A stretch of 64,000 nucleotides of DNA from a virus. Its lineage: Duplodnaviria; Caudoviricetes. The position numbers and the translations under genes are program-made. The stretch is taken from positions 1 through 64,000 of IMG/VR virus record IMGVR_UViG_3300042997_000757; one strand, written 5' to 3'. The number at the start of each line of letters is the position of its first letter. Within the stretch, counting starts at the first letter, position 1. Below the pieces are notes generated by a model, which had not been told where the DNA came from, made no database searches, and saw nothing but the letters and a program-made list of their open reading frames with translations. Positions 1-10,080 of this stretch are shown one piece after another.

Positions 1-621
1 AACAACGGTACTTGGTAGTTCCGTTGTTGTTGTTTGCAACATGGTGGTTGGGACCACGGTAGTAGTCGTTGGTTCCTGAGTAGTTGTTGTAGGTGGCACT
101 GTTGTCGTCGTTGTAGTTGTAGTGGTTGTAGAAGTAGTCGTGGTTGTACTACTAGTAGTTGTGGTCGGCTCTTCAGTTGTGGTCGTAACCTCTGGCTGAG
201 TGGTGCTTGTAGTTGTCGTGGGCACGTTTGTTGGGGCAGAGTCCGACTCCACCATGTAGAACTGGTTGTACCATCTATTAGGGTCGCCACAGCAAACACT
301 TGTGCGTAAACGATAAACACCCGATTCTTGAACATTATATGAAATGTATGAATCCAGACCAAACCAGTCGTCATTTACGGCTACAACGGTGTCGGCGCTG
401 TTGTACAGCCACAATTGGCTGTCAATTCCGTACTGTTGGGCGTAAGTCCTTAGGGTAAAGGTTGTGCCTGACTCTAATTCAAAATAGTAGTCATTGGCAC
501 CTTCCGTTCTAAAGGATGATGCATTTGCTGGAGATCCGGGGTAAAAAGCAACAATGCTAAGTAACAACGGGAGTAATGTTATGGGGCGACTGATTATCCT
601 ACGAAAATTAAATCGTAACAA
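1..621 (-). CDS. Secreted/surface protein (partial): signal peptide, PPC/DVUA0089-like beta domain, Thr-rich linker
   Basis: Translated by hand (absent from ORF track): TTG start after AGAGGAGA; hydrophobic N-terminus, DSQLWLYN..NDDWFGLDSYI, then poly-Thr running off the window edge. Confidence 0.7.
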   Translation of the reverse strand, partial: MLRFNFRRIISRPITLLPLLLSIVAFYPGSPANASSFRTEGANDYYFELESGTTFTLRTYAQQYGIDSQLWLYNSADTVVAVNDDWFGLDSYISYNVQESGVYRLRTSVCCGDPNRWYNQFYMVESDSAPTNVPTTTTSTTQPEVTTTTEEPTTTTSSTTTTTSTTTTTTTTTTVPPTTTTQEPTTTTVVPTTMLQTTTTELPSTVV

Positions 622-752
622 TCATTCTCCTCTAACTAACGGCATGTACTAATTTTACCACTAGACACGAAGAGGGACCGCTCGCAAGCAGCCCCTCTCG
701 GTGGGTTAGACCTCGTTAATAATTATACACAATTAGGTATAATTATTCTTTA

Positions 753-1496
753 TTACATACCTTTGAACTTTAATTGTTCAGGTTTCTTTTGTTTAGGGGC
801 TTTTTTCTTTGGTGGCACCCCATTAACCTTTGTTGCCCAATTAGGGATATCTACTGGAGCATTAGGAGGAAAATCTCCTGCATTTAAAACGTATGAGTTC
901 TGTGCCCTAGTTTCCGAAGCAAGAGCAGGAAGTGCTTTTTTGCTAAACATCTGGGCATGGCTTGCGTATGCCGCTTCTTCACCATGTTTAGAGAAGTCTC
1001 GTGCGGTAGCCAAGTGCCCAAAAGCGTCATGTACTGCTCGAAACATGTCATTTTCTTTATTAGAAAATAAAGAATGACTACCAGTGCTTTCAGTAGAAAG
1101 AACTTTTAGGCGACGATTCTCAGTAACATCTTTTGCTATTTCACTTGGGTGACTGTACGGATTCTCTTTTGTAAATTCAACGGAAATACCTAAACCACCC
1201 TGTTCTACTGGGGAAATTAGATGTTTGTAATGTGCAGGAATTTCGTTACGAAGAGCGCTATAACTTTTTTCCATACGCTTAGTCATGGGTTTACCAATGG
1301 ATTCTCTGACTACAGGGTAAAGAGCGTTGTGACCTTCACCAGCCCTAATGTTTTCAAACTGACTGGGGTTGTAGTTACGACCATACTTTTTAGCAAACTT
1401 TCCTGCCGCTTCTACGAACTCTGGTACTGGTGCGCCGAACCTACTGGTTCCTTGGCTTTCAGGAAACTCTAGGGGGAGTTCAGGCTGGGTTGACAT
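753..1496 (-). CDS. Hypothetical protein with FRAVHDAFGH motif (putative zincin-like metal-binding domain)
   Basis: NDMFRAVHDAFGH..GEEAAY..ETRAQNS; C-terminus KPEQLKFKGM. Confidence 0.55.
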   Translation of the reverse strand: MSTQPELPLEFPESQGTSRFGAPVPEFVEAAGKFAKKYGRNYNPSQFENIRAGEGHNALYPVVRESIGKPMTKRMEKSYSALRNEIPAHYKHLISPVEQGGLGISVEFTKENPYSHPSEIAKDVTENRRLKVLSTESTGSHSLFSNKENDMFRAVHDAFGHLATARDFSKHGEEAAYASHAQMFSKKALPALASETRAQNSYVLNAGDFPPNAPVDIPNWATKVNGVPPKKKAPKQKKPEQLKFKGM

Positions 1497-1645
1497 CAAT
1501 AAACTCCTTCACAGCAGGCATCTCTTTGCCCGCACTGGTTACAACGGTAGTGGGCATGTTCTTGTCGCATATCTCCACCACACCACACACATTGCTCTGA
1601 AAGGTCACAGGAGCGCTCTACATCACGCTCAGGGTTATTTCCCAT
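1496..1645 (-). CDS. Small Cys-rich zinc-finger protein (49 aa)
   Basis: Manual translation: CVWC...HAHYRCNQC...CCEG; TGATG coupling to next gene. Confidence 0.6.
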   Translation of the reverse strand: MGNNPERDVERSCDLSEQCVWCGGDMRQEHAHYRCNQCGQRDACCEGVY

Positions 1646-1773
1646 GCGCTGGCTCCCGCTTGTTTTACCTTCACAAGGATGCTCTGGTGGTAGCCACTTG
1701 CTTTTGCCAAATTCATGGCAATCTTGACCGCATCTGTCTGAAGAAAGGTATGTACGGGGTAAGTGACTAGCAC
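1618..1773 (-). CDS. Small hypothetical protein (51 aa)
   Basis: Manual translation MLVTYPVHTF...WEITLSVM; fills the gap on the same strand. Confidence 0.5.
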   Translation of the reverse strand: MLVTYPVHTFLQTDAVKIAMNLAKASGYHQSILVKVKQAGASAWEITLSVM

Positions 1774-1972
1774 CTACCCATAATACCCTACTAGTCGGGG
1801 GTCTTGGTTGATTTAAGGTATAAAGCCACTAATAGACGACGTAAAACGTCTAAAGGCTTATCTATCGTCTCACGGCTTTTCCGTATTTGGGCGCTCAACC
1901 GTAGAAGAAGACCAATGATAATTAAATTTTGCGCAACTATTAGCCAAGTAACCATTTACTTAGTATAAACGA

Positions 1973-2794
1973 TTAAGAGTTCTCCATGCCGGGGAATGAA
2001 GGTTGAGCAAATTGTGAAGATAGGTGCTGGGTAGTGTCTTTAGGAGGGTGTCCTAACATAGACCTCAAATGTTGTCTAGCACCCTTTACTTCATGTTCTG
2101 GTACAGGAGTAGCATTACGTTCTATAGCACTTACTTCATACCTCTTTTTTGTCATTGGGTAGTGCCCGTAATCAGCAATGTCATTAGTTTTATCCATATC
2201 AGGGTTACCTTCATGACCTACGATAGGTAATCCTTTTTTTCGTGCATTTTTACTTACTGCGCTACTCCATTGGGATAAGTCATCAGACGCTGTAATGGGC
2301 ACGCCATGTTCTTGGTGAAGTAACGCACCCATTGTTAAAAATGAAGATTTTAATGAAGGGTCAACAAATGCACTTGTGACTTCAACAGATTTAGGGATAG
2401 TAGTAAAAAGTTCTGTTGGTTCAAAATCTTTATCTTTTTTAAGATTCCTTATATGTTTTGCGTACCTAATTCCTGCGAATCGGGCAGCGGTTGAACCTCT
2501 GTTAGTACGCACATCGAGAGCATTGTCATTAGCAAAAAATACATTAGCCCCCTGCATTGGGTGACCTAGTGCGTATCTACTTGATACACCAAATTCTTTA
2601 GTAACCCCTCCCATGGCCCCACTTCTAGCAGAAGGACCAAAGTCAAAGTTAGGAAAAGTACGTCCGTCTCTAACAGTTGCGGTTATTTCACCATGCGGGG
2701 TCTCGCCTGCTGGATCGGGCTGGTCAGCAAGTGCATGGTACGTAACCCGCTCGCTCTCATACATTGGCATAGTTTCTTTAAAGTATCTAACCAT
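1973..2794 (-). CDS. Hypothetical protein, possibly GNAT-like; paralog of 10522-11127
   Basis: Shared AFxDPSL..TM(G/A)A..H....I..SDxLS..SS......KKxG(L/M)P and A(R/K)QHLR; C-terminus HLSSQFAQPSFPGMENS. Confidence 0.55.
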   Translation of the reverse strand: MVRYFKETMPMYESERVTYHALADQPDPAGETPHGEITATVRDGRTFPNFDFGPSARSGAMGGVTKEFGVSSRYALGHPMQGANVFFANDNALDVRTNRGSTAARFAGIRYAKHIRNLKKDKDFEPTELFTTIPKSVEVTSAFVDPSLKSSFLTMGALLHQEHGVPITASDDLSQWSSAVSKNARKKGLPIVGHEGNPDMDKTNDIADYGHYPMTKKRYEVSAIERNATPVPEHEVKGARQHLRSMLGHPPKDTTQHLSSQFAQPSFPGMENS

Positions 2795-4545
2795 TAGTAG
2801 TTTTCCAATCCGGGAAGTTGGAATTGCTCGCCTCTTTTACCTTTAGCACGCAATAGGTATTCCTCATGTGCGCTTTTAGCGGTGTCACCATAACCATGTG
2901 CGTCTAAGTGTTGTCGGATATGTGGCAGGTCTTCATACATTTTCCCAAGAGTTAAACGGTTAACTAATTCACCATGTTCTTTGGTGGGGCGCCCAAAATC
3001 ACCAATACCTTTATTGTGCTCTTCAGTAGTGATAAGGGATTGAGCAACATGACTGCGAGAAGGGATATCCTCAAAATTTCTGTCACTTAAACCACTATGA
3101 AAACGTGTTGCGGCGTAAAGGGCACGGTGTGTATTGTTTTCCCAACCACGGTACATAGTGCCGTACCCTTGCGATGTAATGTCAGCCACTCTTTCTTTTG
3201 AATGTCCTAACGTATCTTCAAATGAATCAGCATAACGTACATGCCGGTCACGGAATGCATCAGCAATGCCTTCGCTCATAGGGTCGGCACGTTTATTACT
3301 TTTTTGAAACCGTGTGATATCGTAACGTTCTCTAACGTATGGGTCACGGGTATGCCCAATTTCATGTAGCAATGTCCCTGCATCAACTGTTGGTGCTACT
3401 TTTTCTTTTTTGATTTCAGTAGTTGTTCCCTCAAGTGGGTTTGAAGGGTCTGGGGAAAAACGAGTATGGTACTTACTGCTGTTATAACCATAACCTCGTG
3501 ACTTGTACCCAGTTTCAATAGAAACATCACGACCTACAGAATGTTTATTTCCTGACTTACCTTTACCGGGGAATAAGTTAGGAACATATCCTTGTTTTCT
3601 AAGGCTTTCAACCGCATTAGAATGGGTTCGACGAGGTATTTGGGTAAAGGAACCATGCCATTCTTCTACCTCATGTTTTTGAAGAGTGTGTCCAGTTGTA
3701 GGATTATGCCAGTGAGTTGCATGTTCAAGTGCATCTTTGTCTGCGGAATGTTCATAAGATAATTTATCTTGTAACTGATCCCAGAACTTTGGGTTATGTA
3801 TAGGTTTGTGAGGATCTGCTTGATAACCACTTCTAGGGACTTCAACTCTAACTTCTCTCGTGGTGTACCCAATGGTGTTCATTTTAACACCACGGGAGCC
3901 TCCTATAGCATCCACTTCTGCGTGTGCCTGCCCCGGTTTAGGGTCAACTACTGCCCGTGCTTTAGTTCTTTCTAATTCATGAGTTGGGTAACCAGTATTA
4001 TCAAGGGTATCTGCCAACACGTTCATGTATTCTTGTGCTGATTTATCCCCCATTTTTGAAGTAATTTGGTTTTTAAACTGTGGGGTTGATACCGTTACCC
4101 TTTTGGTTTTCATACCAACTTCACCGTCAGGGTTGTATATAATTCGTTCTTCGTCTTTATGGACGTGTTTACCTTGTTTATCTAAAAGAGGTACTTGTTT
4201 GGAAGCACGTTGTGAAGGAACGATTTGCCCAAGATTACGGCGGTATTTCGTAACATCTTCTACATCGATGGCTTTGCGAACAGCAGCCATACGTTTTTCG
4301 TGTGGTACTAGTGGGTCGTGTCGACGACCCGTACCCGTGTCTGGGGGAAACAGCATTCCTTGGTAATAAGTTCCTGCGCCTTCTTCATAAGGCCATGTAT
4401 GTTTACTATGTGTCTCTACCTCATCGTCTGTGTAAGCACCCCACCGTCCTGAAGGTATAGGAGAACCTTTTTCTCTACCGTGGAAAACGGTACTACCCTC
4501 AGGGTGGTTGTAGTAGGTATTATCAAACTGTTTACCTAAAGGCAT
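2794..4545 (-). CDS. Putative zincin metallopeptidase (HExxH+E); paralog of 4545-6269
   Basis: TLLHEIGH...EGIADAF; collinear similarity to neighbour over full length. Confidence 0.65.
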   Translation of the reverse strand: MPLGKQFDNTYYNHPEGSTVFHGREKGSPIPSGRWGAYTDDEVETHSKHTWPYEEGAGTYYQGMLFPPDTGTGRRHDPLVPHEKRMAAVRKAIDVEDVTKYRRNLGQIVPSQRASKQVPLLDKQGKHVHKDEERIIYNPDGEVGMKTKRVTVSTPQFKNQITSKMGDKSAQEYMNVLADTLDNTGYPTHELERTKARAVVDPKPGQAHAEVDAIGGSRGVKMNTIGYTTREVRVEVPRSGYQADPHKPIHNPKFWDQLQDKLSYEHSADKDALEHATHWHNPTTGHTLQKHEVEEWHGSFTQIPRRTHSNAVESLRKQGYVPNLFPGKGKSGNKHSVGRDVSIETGYKSRGYGYNSSKYHTRFSPDPSNPLEGTTTEIKKEKVAPTVDAGTLLHEIGHTRDPYVRERYDITRFQKSNKRADPMSEGIADAFRDRHVRYADSFEDTLGHSKERVADITSQGYGTMYRGWENNTHRALYAATRFHSGLSDRNFEDIPSRSHVAQSLITTEEHNKGIGDFGRPTKEHGELVNRLTLGKMYEDLPHIRQHLDAHGYGDTAKSAHEEYLLRAKGKRGEQFQLPGLENY

Positions 4546-6269
4546 TAGTAGTTTTCCAATCCGGGAAGTTGAGAAGATTCAACTTTATGATCTTCAAACT
4601 GATTACCTGAAAGAAGTGTTCTTCTTTTTTTAGCACGATCAAGATATTCAGCATGTGCTTTTTTGGCAACGCCCCCGTAACCATGAGCATCTAAATGTTC
4701 ACGTACGTGTGGCTGATGTTCATAGATATGACCAAGGGCTAAGGTATTAACAAGATCACCATGTTTTCTACCGGCTTCAGTAGTGTTTCTAGTGCGCCCT
4801 CGGTGCCAATCAGCATCTGTTTCACGGTAAGTTAAATATTCCTCAGAAAGGTCTTCACGGGAAGGAATATCTTCAAAGTTTGTGTCACCTAGGGCGCTGT
4901 GAAAACGTGTTGCAGCATAAAGAGCACGGTGAGTGTTGTTTTTCCATCCGCCGTACGCAGTACTGTAACTTGTGCCTTTTATTGTCTCAACTCGGTTATC
5001 TGAGTGAGACAAGACGTCATCAAACTGACCTGCATAACGAGAATGCCGATCTTGAAAACCATCTGCAACTCCTTCCAACATAGGGTCAGCATAGGAATCT
5101 TTATGATGAGTCCAAATGTGGTATTTATCATCTGTGTTGGGATCACGATTATGCCCAATTTCATGAACAAGGGTGCCTTCGTTCAATCTTGGAGGATTAG
5201 TTTTGGTTACTGGTACTAACTCTGTTTCCTTAAGTGGGTTTGAAGAGTCTGGGGAAAAACGAGTATGGTATTTGCGGGTGCGGTACTGTTGATAATCGCT
5301 ATTTCCATAGCCAACTTCTATGTCATGTGTATCTCCAGCAGAATGTTTTACCCCATGTTCCCCTTTACCGGGGAATAGGTTAGGAAAATAACCTTGTTCT
5401 TTTAGTTTTGCAGCCGTTTCAATAAAAACACTACGACCGCTGGCTTCGGGGTGTTTTTCAGCCCAGTCTCCCACGTCATCTTGGTGAAGAGTGTGCCCAG
5501 TTGTGGGGTTATGCCAGTGGGTTGCCGTGCTTATTACTTGATCACTTGTATACGAATACTCGTCATCCATCTGTTTACCTAACTGCCCCCAAAACTTTGG
5601 GTTATGTACAGGCTTTGTGGTATCTGGCTCATACCTATTTGAAGGAGGGGCTTCCCAAGAAGTGACTTTACCCCCCGGTATGACGTTCATTTTAATGCCT
5701 TGACCAAAAGATTCGGCATGTGCTCGACCTTTTCTAGGGTCAACTACTGCCTGTGCGGTAGTTTTTTGTATTTCATGCGTTGGGTAGTCGGTATTATCAA
5801 GGGTGTCAGCCAACATCCCCATGTAACCTTGTGCTGATTTTGCACTTTGTTTTGAAGTAACTGTTCTATCTACATATGCCATCCCCGATTTTGGGTTAAT
5901 AACAGGGTTGCCTTCTTTATCTGTTCTATCTTTATAAGTATCTACTCGTTGGGAAGGAACAAGATATCCAAGGTTACGACGGTATTTAGTAACGTCATTT
6001 ATGTCTAAGGCTGTTCGGATAGCGCTCATGCGGGTTTCGTGAGGAACTAACGGATCGTCACGATGACCAGTGGCAGTGGATGGGTGAAACAACATTCCTT
6101 GAAGAGGAGTCCCTGAAACATTGGGATTCCCTGAGTCATTAGAGAGTTTTTGAATATGAGGTTTACTGGTCTTAAATGGTGGGATGGAACCTTCGTTCCT
6201 GACAGATGCAGTAGTTCCGCCATCATCGTCGTGCCAGAACGTGTTTTCAAACTGCTTGCCTAAAGTCAT
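4545..6269 (-). CDS. Putative zincin metallopeptidase (HExxH+E); tandem paralog
   Basis: TLVHEIGH...EGVADGF; both paralogs end QLPGLENY. Confidence 0.65.
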   Translation of the reverse strand: MTLGKQFENTFWHDDDGGTTASVRNEGSIPPFKTSKPHIQKLSNDSGNPNVSGTPLQGMLFHPSTATGHRDDPLVPHETRMSAIRTALDINDVTKYRRNLGYLVPSQRVDTYKDRTDKEGNPVINPKSGMAYVDRTVTSKQSAKSAQGYMGMLADTLDNTDYPTHEIQKTTAQAVVDPRKGRAHAESFGQGIKMNVIPGGKVTSWEAPPSNRYEPDTTKPVHNPKFWGQLGKQMDDEYSYTSDQVISTATHWHNPTTGHTLHQDDVGDWAEKHPEASGRSVFIETAAKLKEQGYFPNLFPGKGEHGVKHSAGDTHDIEVGYGNSDYQQYRTRKYHTRFSPDSSNPLKETELVPVTKTNPPRLNEGTLVHEIGHNRDPNTDDKYHIWTHHKDSYADPMLEGVADGFQDRHSRYAGQFDDVLSHSDNRVETIKGTSYSTAYGGWKNNTHRALYAATRFHSALGDTNFEDIPSREDLSEEYLTYRETDADWHRGRTRNTTEAGRKHGDLVNTLALGHIYEHQPHVREHLDAHGYGGVAKKAHAEYLDRAKKRRTLLSGNQFEDHKVESSQLPGLENY

Positions 6270-6284
6270 AGACTAATTATATAT

Positions 6285-6524
6285 CTAATCGCTGGAGGGG
6301 GTTCGCTTGTCAACCTTAGAGAAAACGTTGTTTATTTCATCTAAAGTGAGAACACCATCGTTCATGAATGCTCTGGCAAGACCTTCAACTACAAAGGCAA
6401 CTCCGCCGATACCTGCCATTAAAACCGCTTTCCATAAGGTAACACCGGCAAGAGCACCTGCTCCCACAACAGAAAGACCAGTAGCGGCAAAGGCTGCAAG
6501 GATTCTAAGAAGTATCTGTTTCAC
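6285..6524 (-). CDS. Small two-TM membrane protein
   Basis: Two hydrophobic segments; TAAAAT 7 nt before GTG. Confidence 0.6.
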   Translation of the reverse strand: MKQILLRILAAFAATGLSVVGAGALAGVTLWKAVLMAGIGGVAFVVEGLARAFMNDGVLTLDEINNVFSKVDKRTPSSD

Positions 6525-6539
6525 AAATACTATTTTACA

Positions 6540-6713
6540 TTATCCGCCGTTACGGTAAAAGCCTCTACCCACCAAGTTAACGGCTGGGGAGAAATAAACA
6601 CGCTTCATTACTTCTTCACAATTGGGGCATGTAATGGTGCGCTCTTTTGAGGTAATGCTTCGTTCTTCTTCGTACTGATGTTCGTTGTTGCATTTGTACT
6701 GGTATATAGGCAT
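6540..6713 (-). CDS. FmdB-family zinc-ribbon protein
   Basis: Manual translation MPIYQYKC..H..E...CPNC...MKRVY...GRGFY. Confidence 0.8.
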   Translation of the reverse strand: MPIYQYKCNNEHQYEEERSITSKERTITCPNCEEVMKRVYFSPAVNLVGRGFYRNGG

Positions 6714-6732
6714 TTTGTACTCCGTAAGTTAT

Positions 6733-7179
6733 TTAGCGCTTATACCTCTGCGTTTGGTTTAAGCGAACGACACCCATGTTAGATGATATGTCTTCTCCAG
6801 TTTTTGCATCAGTCATAGAACCGGGACGAATCTTCAATGGTTTAGCCCTAGGTGCTTTAATATGTGGACCAATTTCACCACGAACAAATGTATGCCTGTC
6901 TTTAGCACCTGTGGGGTTAGCCAGTGCTGCTCGTAGTTTACTTTTATCTACATGCATTCTGGCATTGTGTATAGAAATGTCATCAGTTTGTCCAAGCACA
7001 AGACGTTTATAGACAATGCTGTAAATTGGTCGCCCCAACTTTTCGGTTGCTGGGCTGTGCATGTGCACGTCTACTTTTTTACCTTCGTGACTAGCCAAAC
7101 CTTCATCACTAAAAATGCGTACTGGGCTGGGATATCCTTTAGGGTAAACTTCTTTAAATTGTTCGCTAAAAGTAGTCAT
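6733..7179 (-). CDS. Hypothetical protein
   Basis: 148-aa ORF with GGAAG RBS; N-terminal SEQF tag. Confidence 0.6.
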   Translation of the reverse strand: MTTFSEQFKEVYPKGYPSPVRIFSDEGLASHEGKKVDVHMHSPATEKLGRPIYSIVYKRLVLGQTDDISIHNARMHVDKSKLRAALANPTGAKDRHTFVRGEIGPHIKAPRAKPLKIRPGSMTDAKTGEDISSNMGVVRLNQTQRYKR

Positions 7180-7187
7180 TACACTTC

Positions 7188-8126
7188 CTAATCAAAAAGA
7201 TTGAGTTGTTCTGGTTTTTTAGTAGGAGCAGGTGGGTCTTCCATGTTTTCAAAATGGTGACCTGTAGCCTGTTTAAACGTATCATTGCGGGCTTGGACAA
7301 AAGTAGTGGTGCTTTCAGCGCTTGACCACTGGTTTGGGTTGTAGCCATAACCGGGGACAGTGCCTACATCACTACCAATCTGCCTTAACCCGTACACTCC
7401 ACCAGCGGCATCTTGGTCACGCCTTTTTTGACCACGGGTAACACGGGCATGCGCCAAACGATAACCTTCAGCAACACCTTCAGTACGGGGTAGAGACCTA
7501 GTTGGGTTTATTCCCCCATGCTTATACTTATTTGGATCTTTTTGAGCGGCTTCCCATTCGTCGTCGTATTCCTTTGGGTTTTGGGTAAGGTCTAAAGCAT
7601 GCCCAACTTCGTGCAGTAAGGTAGTTTGAATATTTGTAGACGTTGGTCCACTTTGATAAATACCTCTGTTCCCTATTTCAGCATCCGAAATATTTAAATT
7701 AACTTCATGGGTGTTAGTGTTGTACGTTGGGTTATACATACTTTTTCGTGCAATGATTGCTAATTGACCACTTGGTCGATGCAATTTCTTTAAATCTGAA
7801 ATGGGTGCGGTAGAACGTGCAATACTTTCTGTAACAAGAGATTTTGCAATTTTGTCACCTGCTGGGGTCATTCGGTGCAGCATGTCAGGTATAGGAGTGA
7901 CATTGTGCTCATACTCTGGGTGAAGGTTGGGGGAACCGTTAACAACGAAATGCATATTGTTAACGGCTTTAATGCGCTCAGGAGTGTAACCTTTAGGCCA
8001 TACATGCTCATGGAACAGTTTTAACTGCCCGCCCTTGCCTACAGGATGCTGTTGTCCTTCTTTGACTTCCGTGAACTTCTCCGCACGAGCAACTGGTACG
8101 GGAGTGAACTCTCTGAAGGATGCCAT
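7188..8126 (-). CDS. Putative zincin metallopeptidase (HExxH+E)
   Basis: TLLHEVGH...EGVAEGY; C-terminus KPEQLNLFD. Confidence 0.6.
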   Translation of the reverse strand: MASFREFTPVPVARAEKFTEVKEGQQHPVGKGGQLKLFHEHVWPKGYTPERIKAVNNMHFVVNGSPNLHPEYEHNVTPIPDMLHRMTPAGDKIAKSLVTESIARSTAPISDLKKLHRPSGQLAIIARKSMYNPTYNTNTHEVNLNISDAEIGNRGIYQSGPTSTNIQTTLLHEVGHALDLTQNPKEYDDEWEAAQKDPNKYKHGGINPTRSLPRTEGVAEGYRLAHARVTRGQKRRDQDAAGGVYGLRQIGSDVGTVPGYGYNPNQWSSAESTTTFVQARNDTFKQATGHHFENMEDPPAPTKKPEQLNLFD

Positions 8127-8177
8127 TAGACTAGTTTACACCGTTCAAAAAAAGAAATTTTACTCTGCAAACCTTAA

Positions 8178-8879
8178 CTAATCCTTATGCAGGTTATAGT
8201 CTCGCCAACCATAGGAGTTTGGTGACGACGGCTTAATGTTTGCTGCGTCCATGGAAAACTCAAAAGCGGTGCGGCGTACCCTCTTAAGATCATAGGAATC
8301 TGAGTCTTTAGGTGCTGCATTAACCTTTGTAGGATTTTTAAAGTATTCCGTTAAGTCATTCTCAGTTTGACGCAGGTTATTATGGTAAGCGTCTAAACGA
8401 TCCATGGTGTCAAAGTGGGACATGTGCTCTCCCTCATCAATGTAATGAATAGGCATATCAGGGTCAATAGCATGAGCAGCAGCGACTCTATGGTGACCTT
8501 CTGTTAAAAACACCTGCTTTGGGTTAAGGGGGTGCTTCATAACGTAGATAGCATTTGAACGATCAAGTCCATTTTTCTGAATGTGCCGGTAGAGGGAATC
8601 AGGTTCACCCCATTTAGCCCTTTGATACTTAATACCGAATGTACGGGGGGAGTGACGATATTGCACAAAGTCATCTAAAGAGGTCTCTCCACTTTCCCTT
8701 TCTTTCCAGTCGGTGCGCTTTAGGTCTCCTGTAGTAAAAATACGAGGATGTTCAGCAGTAACAAGATGCAAAGCATCAGAAGCAGAAATGGTTCCAGTAG
8801 ACTTCCATTTAGCAAGTGGTACGCCACTTCTCTCTTTGTCAGGAGTTGACGTAACAAACTGGTCAGGGTTAAGAGTCAT
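8178..8879 (-). CDS. ParB/Srx-like N-terminal domain protein
   Basis: HIQKNGL...LTEGHHRVAAA. Confidence 0.7.
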   Translation of the reverse strand: MTLNPDQFVTSTPDKERSGVPLAKWKSTGTISASDALHLVTAEHPRIFTTGDLKRTDWKERESGETSLDDFVQYRHSPRTFGIKYQRAKWGEPDSLYRHIQKNGLDRSNAIYVMKHPLNPKQVFLTEGHHRVAAAHAIDPDMPIHYIDEGEHMSHFDTMDRLDAYHNNLRQTENDLTEYFKNPTKVNAAPKDSDSYDLKRVRRTAFEFSMDAANIKPSSPNSYGWRDYNLHKD

Positions 8880-8883
8880 AAAA

Positions 8884-9525
8884 CTAGTTTACTTCTTTTG
8901 CTTCAATGTTTCTCTGCTGTGTACGGCTACGTGGTTTCTTGTTGAGTTGTGTACCACGACGGAAAAACACCTCATTCTCTGAGCCAGAGGCAGCAAGGAT
9001 GTCTTGGTGAGGTACAAGGAAGATATGCAACTTTCCTCGATTAATTGAAGGGTCTTTGCTTCTCCAGCCTGTTTTTACCTCTTCAGGCCATGTTGGTGAC
9101 ACTGAACCGCTGGCATAGCGGGAATCTTTGGGTGGGGCACCAAAATGGTAAACAGTGACATGTGGAGGTACGCCTGTACCTTCCATAGACTTGTGGAGGA
9201 ATTCAGCATGCTCTGTGTTCACTCTGTGTGACTCAGGTGCATCCTCGGGTAGTTTGCTGGGTGCTTTCTGTTTTCTTGCAATCTCAGGGTTAGGGTCCCA
9301 CTTTTTTGATGGTTCTGCCATCGTTGGGTCAATATGCATCAGACCAGTGGTAGGGAACTCTGCTTTACCAGTGAAAGGACCAGATTTAGACCAATTGGAG
9401 AGGTCTTCTCTCACTCCACTATCTAGTTTGCGTGGATCATCTGAGGGACCCCATTCTACGGAATGACGGTTCTGTTCCCAGTTTTCTGACCAATGCTTAA
9501 ACTGTGGACCGTTTGGAGTAGCCAT
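8884..9525 (-). CDS. Hypothetical protein, possibly ADP-ribosyltransferase-like fold
   Basis: VTVYH..., ASGSVS, GSENEVFF (H/SxS/ExE order). Confidence 0.4.
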   Translation of the reverse strand: MATPNGPQFKHWSENWEQNRHSVEWGPSDDPRKLDSGVREDLSNWSKSGPFTGKAEFPTTGLMHIDPTMAEPSKKWDPNPEIARKQKAPSKLPEDAPESHRVNTEHAEFLHKSMEGTGVPPHVTVYHFGAPPKDSRYASGSVSPTWPEEVKTGWRSKDPSINRGKLHIFLVPHQDILAASGSENEVFFRRGTQLNKKPRSRTQQRNIEAKEVN

Positions 9526-10077
9526 TTATTTCCACTCGCCTTTGTGATTAATGGTCTTCCTTACCGTTCCTATGTACTTCACACCTTTACCCACTATATT
9601 TTTAGGGATAATAAAAGAAGTAGAACCGTAATCTTCACCCATATTGCGATAAGGAATGGCTTTAGGTGCTTTTGACTCCGCATTGTCAGCAATCATCCCG
9701 CTACGGTACTCAACAGACTCAGACAACATTGGTTGGATACCTTTGAGACGTTTTTGAAAAGGAGGGTTCTCATGTTCCAAGTTGTCTCTCCACATCAGTG
9801 GATCGATGGTGTCTCGGTCAATCCGGTACACATGAGCGTATGTTGTGTCCGATTTCCAAGAAACTTTATCTGCCGCCGATTGTGGGGTACCGGCATGAAA
9901 AGAAGACCCATGAAGGTTTGTAAGGGAATGCCTAGGAATAGCAGGGTACTGTTCGTCAGGAATCTCATGAACAGGCACTTTGTTCTGTGAACCATGTATC
10001 ACGTAGGTAAATTGCCGACTCATATGGTCACGAGGGGGCTTTACACCTTCTGAATCATACTTATACGGAATAACCAT
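9526..10077 (-). CDS. Hypothetical protein, possibly ART-PolyVal-like
   Basis: VIHGS..FHAGT..A...HVY...PYRNMGEDYGSTSFII. Confidence 0.45.
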   Translation of the reverse strand: MVIPYKYDSEGVKPPRDHMSRQFTYVIHGSQNKVPVHEIPDEQYPAIPRHSLTNLHGSSFHAGTPQSAADKVSWKSDTTYAHVYRIDRDTIDPLMWRDNLEHENPPFQKRLKGIQPMLSESVEYRSGMIADNAESKAPKAIPYRNMGEDYGSTSFIIPKNIVGKGVKYIGTVRKTINHKGEWK

Positions 10078-10080
10078 ACC

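Noticed and set aside
34-309. Cys-rich + strand ORF
   Set aside because: Antisense shadow of the poly-Thr codons of the real - strand gene.
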